From: Macrostomum lignano
Lineage: Eukaryota
Direction of reading: 5' to 3'
DNA: 46,536 nucleotides
NCBI GenBank assembly: GCA_002269645.1
Contig: NIVC01004423.1
Location: 1 to 46,536, forward strand
Below, one piece after another: positions 1 through 11,542 of the stretch; positions within the stretch are counted from its first letter, which is position 1; every line of letters starts with the position of its first letter. The notes under the pieces were generated by a model. The model was not told the DNA's origin and did no database searches. It worked only from the letters and a program-made list of their open reading frames with translations. The translations under genes and the position numbers were made by a program.

Positions 1-1073
1 TCTGACTCTCATCACGTGTTTTGATTGTGTCAGACTGTCTGACTCTCATCACGTGTTTTGATTGTGTCAGACTGTCTGACTCTCTCACGTGTTTTGATTG
101 TGTCAGACTGTCTGACTCTCATCACGTGTTTTGATTGTGTCAGACTGTCTGACTCTCATCACGTGTTTTGATTGTGTCAGACTGTCTGACTCTCATCACG
201 TGTTTTGATTGTGTCAGACTGTCTGACTCTCATCACGTGTTTTGATTGTGTCAGATTCTGACTCTCCCACGTGTTTTGATTGTGTCAGATTGTCTGACTC
301 TCCTCACGTGTTTTGATTGTGTCAGACTGTCTGACTCTCATCACGTGTTTTGATTGTGTCAGACTGTCTGACTCTCATCACGTGTTTTGATTGTGTCAGA
401 TGTCTGACTCTCTCACGTGTTTTGATTGTGTCAGACTGTCTGACTCTCATCACGTGTTTTGATTGTGTCAGACTGTCTGACTCTCATCACGTGTTTTGAT
501 TGTGTCAGACTGTCTGACTCTCCTCACGTGTTTTCATTGTGTCAGACTGTCTGACTCTCATCACGTGTTTTGATTGTGTCAGACTGTCTGACTCTCATCA
601 CGTGTTTTGATTGTGTCAGACTGTCTGACTCTCATCACGTGTTTTGATTGTGTCAGACTGTCTGACTCTCATCACGTGTTTTGATTGTGTCAGACTGTCT
701 GACTCTCATCACGTGTTTTGATTGTGTCAGACTGTCTGACTCTCATCACGGTTTTGATTGTGTCAGACTGTCTGACTCTCATCACGTGTTTTGATTGTGT
801 CAGACTGTCTGACTCTCATCACGTGTTTTGATTGTGTCAGACTGTCTGACTCTCATCACGTGTTTTGATTGTGTCAGACTGTCTGACTCTCATCACGTGT
901 TTTGATTGTGTCAGACTGTCTGACTCTCATCACGTGTTTTGATTGTGTCAGACTGTCTGACTCTCATCACGTGTTTTGATTGTGTCAGACTGTCTGACTC
1001 TCATCACGTGTTTTGATTGTGTCAGACTGTCTGACTCTCATGCACGTGTTTTACTTGTGTCAGACTGTCTGAC
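1..1073. repeat. 37-bp minisatellite (TCTGACTCTCATCACGTGTTTTGATTGTGTCAGACTG), about 29 copies, truncated by the window edge
   Basis: Near-identical tandem units read directly; no spacers. Confidence 0.95.
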
Positions 1074-1546
1074 AATCAAGCAAAAACTCTGGTGGAAACG
1101 CTATCATATATACGAGCTATAGAAAACTAAAAATTCAACAGTGCGATAAGAGTGAGGTGTCTTCTATACTACAGAGCGGTCAGCTGAACTAAAATATTTC
1201 TGTTTAAGAGTCTACTTGACTGGTGAAATAAAAAAATGTCACGCTCACTTACTTTAGCTCAAAGATTACAGTTTTTGCGTACCGCAAGTCTATTGGAGCC
1301 AATGCTTTTTAAGCAAGTCAAAATTTTTAGGTAAACGGCGTTAGCAACTATGCCTTTAACACCTCGTCATCTTATTAGTCAAGTAAAAGTAAACAACAGG
1401 AGTAACTATCTGTTTGTTTACAAGTCTGAAAGCCTCGCCAGCTGATTAGCAAGGAAAGCTAGTTGCACAAAGGCTCCAACAGTCTTATAGAAAATTTAAA
1501 ATATCACGAAAGCAGCAGCAAATGAAAAGTAAATAATAAAAGAAGC

Positions 1547-4500
1547 TCAACGCGGCGGCTTCAAACTCGGCGGAGGTTCTTCGCCGCTGCCGCTGATTAG
1601 ACGACGACCGTTCGAGCGCTGACCGCCGCCGCTGTCGGCGCTGCCTGGTCGACCTCCGACGCCGCCGCCGGCAGACCCAGCAAGTGCGGAGCTCACTCTA
1701 TAAGCGGCAAACTGCCTGCTCTGCTGCTTCTGGGCCAATCTCTGCAGAGCTTCATTCAGCGCCGCTTCGTCGTAGGCTGTCAACGAGCGAAGATTGCCGC
1801 TGGAGTTCACGGCGGCAAAGGAGGACGAGGAGTTACCGCGCCGCCGGCTCCGCCGCTGCCGCCGCTGCCGCCACTGCCGCCGCTGAGGCCGACGCCAACA
1901 CGACTGGCTGATGGCCGGCTGAGGTGACCTGAGAGTGACGGAGTGAGTCTTGGGGAATGAGTCATTTAGAGTGAATCAGAAAGAGTGAATCATGGAAGTG
2001 AAGCATAGAGTGAGTAAACAAAAGAGAGTGTATCACAGAGAGTGAATCATAAAGAGTGAATCATGGAGAGTGCATCATGGAGAGAGTGAATCATAGAGCG
2101 TGAATCCTAAAGAATGAACCAAAGAGAGTGAATCATAGAGTGAATTATAAAGAGTAAATCCTAGAGAGTGAATCAGAGAGAGTGAATCAGAGAGAGTGAG
2201 TCATAGAGTGAATCACGTGAGTGAGTCATAGAAAATTAATTAGAGAGAGTGAATCCGAGAGAGTGAATCCTAGAGAGTGAATCAAAAAGAGTGAATCATA
2301 AAGAGTGAATCATGGAGAGAGAATCATAGAGAGTGAATCATAGAGAGTGAATCATAGAGAGTGAATCAGAGAGAGAGTGAGTCAAAGAGTGAATCACGTG
2401 AGTGAGTCATAGAGAATTAATCAGAGAGAGTGAATCCGAGAGAGTGAATCCTAGAGAGTGAATCAAAAAGAGTGAATCATAAAGAGTGAATCATGGAGAG
2501 AGAATCATAGAGAGTGAATCATAGAGAGTGAATCATAGAGAGTGAATCAGAGAGAGAGTGAGTCAAAGAGTGAATCACGTGAGTGAGTCATAGAGAATTA
2601 ATCAGAGAGAGTGAACCAGAGAGAGTGAATCCGAGAGAGTGAATCATAAAGAGTGAATTATAAAGAGTGAATCATAAAGAGTGAATTATAAAGAGTGAAT
2701 CATAAAGAGTGAATTATAAAGAGTGAATCATAAAGAGTGAATTATAAAGAGTGAATCATAAAGAGTGAATCATAAAGAGTGAATCATAGAGAGTGAAACA
2801 GAGAGAGTGACCGGAAGTGACACCATAAATCAAACTGATAATCCCGGCTCACCGGAAGCGCTAGACGGCCGTTTCAATCCGGGCGATTGTGAATAAACTT
2901 GCACCGCAGTTCGATACGAGCTGCCGAACAGCTCCGCCCCAGATGGACCGAATGTGCCGCTGCCACCGCCGCCGCCGCTGTCTCGTCTCTCCCGTCGATA
3001 ACTCGACACGGATGACGAACCCACAATGGAAGCGGAACCGGAAGACGGATTACCGGAAGTTGACGCTGATGTTGACGCTGATGCGGTTGCCGATGCAGCG
3101 GCTGTGGCTGCCGCGGTTGCCGCTGGCGAAGCAATAAAGACCCGGCAGCCTTGTTAACCAGAGTGTAGCTGGTGAGCAGCGACTCCAGCTGGGATTCTTC
3201 CGCTAAGCGGAGAAAGCTGGTGAACTGCGGCTCGGGCACTCCGGCTGGGGCACCGTCTGCGTTTAAATTCGCGAGAAAAATATTCGCTTAGCTTTTCGCT
3301 ACTGTAAGTAGGGTAGTTAAAATATTGAGCAACCCAATAAAGTGAGTGAGTTCACAATCATTCACTCTGTGATTCACTCTCGATATCATTCACTCTGTGA
3401 TTCACTCTCGATATCATTCACGCTGTGATTCACTCTCGATATCATTCACTCACTCTGTGATTCACTCGCGATATCATTCATTCACACTGTGATTTACTCT
3501 CGATATCATTCATTCACTCTGTGATTCACTCTCGATATCATTCACACTGTGATTCACTCTCGATATCATTCATTCACTCTGTGATTCACTCTCGATATCA
3601 TTCACTGTGATTCACTCTCGATATCATTCATTCACTCTGTGATTCACTCTCGATATCATTCATTCACTCTGTGATTCACTCTCGATATCATTCACTGTGA
3701 TTCACTCTCGATATCATTCATTCACTCTGTGATTCACTCTCGATATCATTCACTGTGATTCACTCTCGATATCATTCATTCACTCTGTGATTCACTCTCG
3801 ATATCATTCATTCACTCTGTAATTCACTCTCGATATCATTCACTGTGATTCACTCTAGAGCTCACTTTCACTCACTACCCAGTTCACTCTAAATTTGATT
3901 TTTAAATAAGAAAAGCTAGAAAAACTCCAGATTCCTCACCCTCCTGCTGCGGCCTCATCCCCTCGGTGTCCCGAGAGTAGGACCTGACAAAGTCAGCCAG
4001 CATGTTAGCCAAGATCCTCTGCCGCTGCCTCAGACCCAGCCTCCGACTTGGGCCGGCAATTTTCGCTCCAGCAGCCCGGCGCAGAAAGCGCAGCACCAAA
4101 TCCAGCTGCTCGTTGGCCAGACGATCGGCCTCGTCGCCAGTCGATGGCGGCAGCTGATGATCGGCTAGCAGCCTGCGCTGCACTCGAGTCAGGTAGGCAG
4201 CGAACGCTTGGCGAGCCTGCGGTGTTTTTGTGTTTACAATCATATTTATAGAGATATGCTGACTGTGCTACTGGCAGTAGGCGGATTTGAATATTTATTA
4301 TAACTCACTAACTGACTAACTGACTGACTGACTAACTGACTGACTAACTAACTGACTAACTGACTGACTAACTAACTAACTAACTGACTGACTAACTAAC
4401 TAACTAACTAACTAACTGAATAACTGACTAACTGACTGACTGACTGACTGACTGACTAACTAACTGACTGACTGACTAACCAACTAACTAACTGACTGAC

Positions 4501-4786
4501 TGACTGACTGACTAACTAACTAACTAACTAACTAACTGACTAACTAACTGACTGACTAACTAACTGACTAACTGACTGACTAACTAACTAACTAACTAAC
4601 TGACTAACTAACTAACTAACTAACTAACTGAATAACTGACTGACTAACTAACTAACTAACTGACTGACTAACTAACTAACTAACTTACTAACTAACTAAC
4701 TAACTAACTGACTAACTTACTTACTAACTAAATGACTAACTGACTAACTAACTAACTGACTAACTAACTAACTAACTAACTAACTG

Positions 4787-4833
<47 letters not shown>

Positions 4834-4938
4834 GACTAACTGACTAACTAACTTACTAACTAACTAACTAACTAACTGACTAACTTACTTACTAACTAAA
4901 TGACTAACTGACTAACTAACTAACTAACTAACTAACTG

Positions 4939-4971
<33 letters not shown>

Positions 4972-6651
4972 ATAACTAACTTACTAACTAACTAACTAAC
5001 TAACTAACTGACTGACAAACTGTAGTGATCCGCTAATTGGTGTTAGGCGTCGCACTTTGTCAGCAGTCGCCCTTGCCTTCGCCCTCGCCCTGGGTTGCTG
5101 TCTGCCGCTGGTCAGCTTCCCGCCTCCCTCCTTTTGTCTGTCTGTTGCTGCTCCCTTCCCTCCCTTCTGCCCGTGTTGCCCTTCGTTTCTCAGCCCTCAG
5201 CTTCTCTGCTGTGGGCTGTTCTTGCTTCGTGAGTCTCTGTTTCCCTGTTATGTGAGCCAGTCACATGACAGGCCTTGCTTTCTTGGAGTCTTAAAGTGCA
5301 GTAAACATGTTTACATGTTTACATGTTTACATGTTTACTGCACTCGCTGTCCCTGTTTACCGGGTGAGTCACATGCTTTCGGTCCCCTCCCTTCTCTAAG
5401 GAGAGGAGTGACTCATGATGCTAAAAATAGCAACTGAGTCACAGCCATGTGCACTCTGCCGGGCGAGTCTCAAGTGACGTCAGTTCTAAAAATAGAACAA
5501 GTCACGAGGTCTTGTGCGCGGGTGTTTCCCGGCTATAAATAGGACCCCCCTCCCCCTTGTTTCCGTCATGGAGTTTTCAGTCATCAGTATTTGTAGCCGA
5601 GTTCCTGAGATTCTGACTATTCGTCTTCGGAATCTTCTTCTTCTTGTCTAGTTTTCCGGACTTCGTTCAGTTGCCCATTTAAGCTATCACCAATTGGCCT
5701 GACTAAAACTTAGACGCCCAAGCCTAAGGGAGGCTAACACTGCCTTCCCAGCCACCCCTGAGCCCGGCGGGGATCTGCTGATCAGGACGCCTTGTTCATT
5801 AATCTGCAAATCTGCACGCTGTGCTGAGTTCGTTGACTTGTTTATTTCGTTCCGACGGGAAGCTCACCTCACCGAAGGCCGATACCTGAAGGAACTGGTG
5901 GCAGCACTAACGCTACTGAGAGAGCTAAGAGAACTTCCCACTGAAGAGGCTCGAGACTTAAGGTAATCTTAAGTGCCTAAACCGGGAAGAAACACCATTC
6001 TACTTCATAACTAACTAACTAAGTCAGCATTGGATGCTCACCTGCACTTTAGTCATGTTGCCCCCCTGTTTGAGGACGGTCTCGGCGTCAAATGCAGGAG
6101 GTTTCACGCTTCGAGCCGCCTGCTGCTGCTGCTGCTTGCCAGGCCCAGGCGGAGGCTTATCAGCCTCAGTCTTTGTTTCTGTCTTTGTACCAGCCGCAAC
6201 ATCGACTGCCGCCTGCCCATTACCCGCGTCGACAACAACTTCCGGTTCGGGCGTGTCCGGTTTGATCAACTCGCCGCCCCGGAACTCGCCTCGGGCTGGG
6301 CGTGCGGCCCGAACACGGCTGGCCGCTTCGGCGGCAGGCTCTGCGACCGCGACAGCTGGCTGGAGCCGCGGCTGCGTTGCCTGCCGTGCGACGACGATGA
6401 GGCGCCCAGCTTCCTTTCGTAGAATAGAGTGCGCTGAGATGCGGACCGGTACATCCGGTGCACCTTGCGGTGGTGCTCGGAGTGAGAGTCCAGCACAGTG
6501 GCCAGGTTGTCGCTTGAGAGACTGTGCAGTGGCACCTGGGGTGGGGTGGGTAGACAGATAGATTAAAAGATTGATTAATAGATAGATAAAGAGACAGAGA
6601 CAGACAGACAGACACACAGACAGACACACAGACAGACACACAAACAGACAC

Positions 6652-6710
<59 letters not shown>

Positions 6711-6741
6711 CACAGACAGACAGACAGACACACAGACAGGC

Positions 6742-6774
<33 letters not shown>

Positions 6775-9700
6775 CACAGACAGTACCTTGCACTTGGCGC
6801 CTGAAGCCTGCGGAGTGGACTTGGCCTGGCGCCAGACATTGGGAAACAGGCGCTGATGCAGCAGCAGGTTGTTGGGGCTGAGAGTCTGCAGGAAGCCGCT
6901 GTACGCCTCCCAGCTGTCTGGCGTGGGGAAAATCCGCAGCCAGCCGCCGCGCCGGTGGAATTCTTCCCGACACCGGCGAATCATTCGGACCTCCTCGGCG
7001 CTGAGCGGTGGGGCGGCACCGGCTGCGGAGGCAGCAGCAGGGCCCGATGACTGCTGCCGCTGGTGCAGCGGGCCCTGCTGCTGGTGCCAGCCGCCGAGGC
7101 GAGTGGCTGACAGGGACCGCAGGGAGCTGGCAGAGCCAGGGCGACTCATTTGAGCTTGCCGACTCCTGGCGACGGAATGGGAGAAGTTCGAATTAGGTTG
7201 TAAATCAAAAGATCCCGAATGCCGATAAATAAATCACTTATCCTAACAGCACAAGTTGAATTTTATAGAAATCCCAAAAGGGCGAGTACTCGAATACTTA
7301 GTAAAATCCTAACAACTCGAATCATCTAGTGAAATCCCAAATTTTAACAGCTTGAATCCTATAGAAATCCCCAAATCCCAAAAAATAAATTTTCTAATGA
7401 AATCTCAAATCCCATCAACTCTAATCTTCTAGTTCTAAATCCTAAATCCCAAATCCCAACAGCTTGAATCCTAAAGAAATCCAAAATCCCAACGACTCGA
7501 GTCTTCTAGTGACATCCCAAATCCCAAATCCCAACAGCTTGAATATTCTAGCGAAAGCCCAAATCCCAATAAACTCGAATTATCTAGTGAAATCCCAAAT
7601 CCCAATAAATTCCAATTATCTAGTGAAATCCCAAATCCCAATAAACTCGAATTATCTACTGAAATCCCAAATCCCAAATAAACTCGAATCTTCTAGTGAA
7701 ATCTCAAATCCCAATAAACTCGAATTATCTAGTGAAATCCCAAATCCCAAATAAACTCAAATCTTCTAGTGAAATCCCAAATCCCAAGTAAACTCGAATC
7801 TTCTAGTGAAATCCCAAATCCCAATAAACTCGAATATTCTAGTGAAATCCCAAATCCCAATAAATTCGAATCTTCTAGTGAAATCCCAAATCACAAATCT
7901 CAACAGCTTGAATCCTAAATAACTCCCAAATCCCAAAGTACCGGTACCGGTGGAATGTTAAATAAATCCCCCTCCTCAAAAAAACGGCACAATTAGAAAT
8001 CGATAGAAATTCCCATAGAAGTTTCCCACCTGGCAGCGGACACCGGGCTGTCCCTGGAGCCGGAGCCGCTTCCCGCCGCGGTGGCTCTGCCAGAAGTGGT
8101 GTGCAGCTGCCGCAGCATTGGGTCGTGGCAGACGAACCCGACTAAAGACAGCAAATCACTGAGCATGTGACATTTGATCTTGAAATCCAATGGAGAATCG
8201 CAGGCCAACGACGGACTCAAGTTGACCTCAAGTAGCCAGGGGCGAAGTGTGTCGTCTATGATGATGTCGAAGCCGTATAGTTCGAAACAGTTGCCTTTGT
8301 GAGGCTGGAACATTTTGCAGGCAGACGCGATGGGCATCTCGACGCTGAGGATGGCCTTCACGATCACGTCTTCCAGGCGCATCATCAGGGCTGACGTGTC
8401 GTGGCCTTCGGACTTCAGGTACCTGAGTGCGCGAGTGTGGGGGAATCTCGGGGTGTGGGGGAATCTTGGGGTGTGGGGGAATCTTGGGTGTGGGGGAATC
8501 TCGGGTGTGGGGGAATCTTGGGGTGTGGGGGAATTTTGGGGTGTGGGGGAATCTTGGGTGTGGGGGAATCTCGGGGTGTGGGGGAATCTTGGGGTGTGGG
8601 GGAATTTTGGGGTGTGGGGGAATCTTGGGGTTTGGGGGAATCTTGGAGTGTGGGGGAATCTTGGGGTGTGGGGGAATTTTGGGGTGTGGGGGAATCTTGG
8701 GTTTGGGGGAATCTTGGAGTGTGGGGGAATCTTGGGATGTGGGGAATCTTGGAGTATGGGGGAATCTTGGGGTGTAGGAGAATCTTGTGGTGTGAAGGAA
8801 TCTCGGGGTGTGGGGGAATCTTGGGTGATTGGGGGAATCCCATGGTGATTGGGGGAATCCCATGGCGATTGGGGGAATCCCATGGTGATTGTGGGGAATC
8901 CCATGGTGATTGTGGGGAATGTCAGGGGAATCCTGGAGTGATTTGGGGAATCTCTGGGTGATTAGAAAGCTACATTTCTGTTTGCATTAAGTGATCAGGA
9001 AATTACGATTAAGATTTTTAGTGAGATAATTTAGACGCAATATTGCTCACCGTAGCAACGCTCCTAGCGACCACTTGTTGCCGTAGTCTTCAACATCTGC
9101 ATCGTCATTTTGCACATACTCTTGATTCTTCTTATTAACGCTATAGTTGGTGAGGTGCATGCACTGGTTGCGGCTGTACCTCAGTGCCGCTTGGTATTTC
9201 ACGGTGGCAAACCTGGCCAGGCCCTCCTCGTACATGTAGATCACCAGCGGGTCATACGAGGTCACGGCTACGTAGATTCGCAGATCAAATTTGAAGCCGT
9301 CAACTACGAGGGGATTGGCAACGTATTTGCAGACCACCAGCTGATCGTCCAGCGGGATCTGGTCTGGGTGAGTAGCAATGAAAATCCCCCTGCCTCTACT
9401 AGAAGCAATTGGCTTCACAATAAACGGTCCCTTGTCTTTCAGATAGTAGGTGCAAAATTCTTGAAATTCAGCGGGAAATATGAATGTCGGCGGGACAAAG
9501 TCGAAATGTTTGACACCTTTGAGTTGTTGAAGGCGTTGTACATTTTTGTAGAGCCGATCTTTTCGAGTGAGCTCGTAGGACCTAGGGAAATGGTTGACCT
9601 TCTGGAATTCGCTCAAACTGCGCAGAACGTAGGGCTTGAGGTGGCTGCCAGTCCACATCAGGTTGAAATCTGAGCTGTTTGGGTGAGTCTCGTGGAAGCC

Positions 9701-10003
9701 ATGTGACACCAGGATTGTCTTGAGCAGCTTGCAGTCGGTCTTGATAATTTTGAAGGCCATGTGATATTTTTCACCAACACTGCGAAACTGAGGATCTCGG
9801 CGTTCCACGGCGTGAGGGGAAAATATGAATATTGGGAACTTTTTGTTTGGCCCGCACCATACTATGCAGGGCGTGTCGGCATCTTTCACGATTATAGGCT
9901 CTTCTGTGGTCTCTGTTGCATCGTCCGCCTCTTCCTCGGCTTCGTCATCTTGGACTAGCTCGCTCAGGTCCTCTGAAGACTCATCAGCACCAGCTGCAGA
10001 CAT
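1547..10003 (-). CDS. TTLL5: Tubulin polyglutamylase TTLL5-like. Exons (minus strand): 10003(acceptor at 10018)-9051, 8422-8030, 7165-6787, 6535-6042, 4216-3940, 3256-2853, 1928-1547. Three apparent single-base deletions in the 3' exons.
   Basis: TTL-domain motifs ([66 protein letters not shown]). TTLL5-specific C-terminal blocks recalled from vertebrate TTLL5 ([69 protein letters not shown]). GT-AG junctions with matching phases. The true start may lie in an unidentified upstream exon. Confidence 0.9.
1965..2810. repeat. Degenerate 13-16 bp minisatellite (GAGAGTGAATCATA-type) filling TTLL5 intron 6
   Basis: Tandem units read directly. Confidence 0.9.
3355..3860. repeat. 26-32 bp minisatellite (CACTCTGTGATTCACTCTCGATATCATT) in TTLL5 intron 5
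   Basis: Tandem units; the core TGATTCACTCTC is the reverse complement of the intron 6 repeat core. Confidence 0.9.
4306..5016. repeat. (TAAC/TGAC)n tetranucleotide microsatellite in TTLL5 intron 4
   Basis: Read directly; a short TAAC run resumes at 6008-6022. Confidence 0.95.
5021..6007 (+). mobile_element. Solo-LTR-like insertion of about 1 kb inside the (TAAC)n tract, antisense to TTLL5
   Basis: Starts TG (5021) and ends CA (6007); flanks AAAC/TAAC form an imperfect 4-bp TSD; internal enhancer cluster and TATA box; GC-rich relative to the flanks. No RT or integrase sequence. Confidence 0.45.
5296..5541 (+). promoter_or_regulatory. Dense enhancer/promoter module: FOX-type TGTTTAC array, 3x AP-1, 2x MEF2, CRE, TATA
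   Basis: Palindrome-bounded GTAAACA/TGTTTAC array 5296-5343; TGAGTCA 5365 and 5435; TGACTCA 5409; CTAAAAATAG 5421 and 5486; TGACGTCA 5475; TATAAATA 5534. Confidence 0.7.
6553..6782. repeat. (GACA/CACA)n microsatellite, TTLL5 intron 3
   Basis: Read directly. Confidence 0.95.
7290..7935. repeat. About 36-bp minisatellite (GAAATCCCAAATCCCAATAAACTCGAATTATCTAGT), TTLL5 intron 2
   Basis: Tandem units read directly. Confidence 0.9.
8435..8960. repeat. 18-19 bp G-rich minisatellite (GTGTGGGGGAATCTTGGG), TTLL5 intron 1
   Basis: Tandem units; explains the spurious low-complexity ORFs at 7993-8961. Confidence 0.95.
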
Positions 10004-11542
10004 TCGAGCCAAGTGGTCCTGGATTTATAGATGACACTAAGCAAGTACTAGCAAAGCTTGCATAAGAGAGAAATTTTGTTAAACAAATTGATTGAAAAAA
10101 TATTGACATCATATTACGAGTATTGTGACAAATTTACCTGTCTGTAAGATTTTAAGAAACTATAAAAATATTATTAGGAACAATATATATATATTAAAAA
10201 GTTATTTCTTAACATTAACACTGGACTAGAAATAGAAACAATACTCTAGCTTAGAATGACCTATCAGTAAAAAAATTATTTGGGCCTAACAAAAAGCACA
10301 GCTACATAAAAAATTATTTAATTTCAACTTTTTTATATACTATGCAACTCAAAGATCAAAAAGTATTTATTTACAAATAAAATGTAGCTAGCAAGTGCTA
10401 AAAAAACAGAAATTGAGAAATATCATGTTATATAATATATGCTTTCTTGTTTTTTATGTCTGCTTTTGTGTGTTCTTTAACAAAAAAGATCCTCCTTGTT
10501 TTATCGTTGCTTGTTTAAGTTAGTTAAGTTCCTCACTATAAACGTAAGTTTTAGCCATTTGCCATTTACATACGAATAATGAATGCAGATAATAATAGCA
10601 TGATATCCACCTATACTAAAAATGGTTTATCGGTGTCTATAATCTATCTAAGTAGTATGACACTCAAAATATAAAATCTCAAAAATACTGACATAAGATT
10701 TGACCTAGCGATCAGAAAAGGAAACAAAAATACAACTATTTACAATTGATCGTTGAAGTTAGGCGATTTGAGCTCAATACAGCTAACAATTTTGAGTTAA
10801 GTACAGATGCTGATGGGAATGATGATACAGTACAAGTTGAGAGAAAATGTGGCATATTTTACTGGACTGAAAATTTGGTAATGCCATCTGTCTGTCAGTT
10901 ATAATTATGCCCTGAAGTTTAGTCAGTAAAAAACAAAGTTTTTTGTTACGGTTGAATAGTTAAATGACAAAAAGTGTCCCAAAAAATTATGCGTGACTAT
11001 AAAATGTGTTAAGTTACAGTAGATGCTTATTTAACTTTAAAAAAGCGTTTTTTTCTAGAAAACAGACATTAAGTGCATTGCACTTGCGCAGTACGTAACG
11101 TAGGTTTAGCGGAATAAAAAATATAAAATAAAGTTACCTTTTGTTTTGAGTTCTGCCATTTATTTAAAACCTATTGAATTTTGCTAGTATAGACTCGTGA
11201 AAATAGAAGTTTCTAGCTAGGTAGGTCAGGTGTATAGATAGTAATATAGGCCTAGTCAAGTCAGGCAGTCAACAAGGATAGAAGTTTTAATTAATCTTAA
11301 TTAGTGCTCGGACCAAATTTTTTCTACAAATTTCTTGATTGTTTATTTAATCAATTAGAATTTGAAAGATTTCTTGTAATTTCACAAATATATTTTAGAT
11401 TAGACATAGGCCCCCCTAGCATTTTAATTTTTTCTAATAGCTCAAACCCCCTGTCCTATCTTTAGCTTGTCAAGTACTAATTAAACAATTCACACTTGGC
11501 TAGAAATCATAGTTGTGCAGACAGTGTTAAATTACCTTTAAT

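Noticed and set aside
1-1073. CRISPR array
   Set aside because: The 37-bp hairpin repeats are directly adjacent with no unique spacers, there are no cas genes, and the context is eukaryotic.
5896-5905. TGGTGGCAGC as a tRNA-Leu primer binding site
   Set aside because: Only 10 nt match what I recall, it is not preceded by a CA LTR end, and no gag/pol follows.
10730-10905. About 55-codon open stretch (QLIVEVRRFELNTANNFELSTDADGNDD...)
   Set aside because: No start context, splice support or recognisable homology.
11138-11159. MAELKTKG mini-exon as the TTLL5 start
   Set aside because: Good GTAACT donor, but phase 1 does not match the phase-0 acceptor at 10018; it would be UTR/uORF or need an unseen exon.
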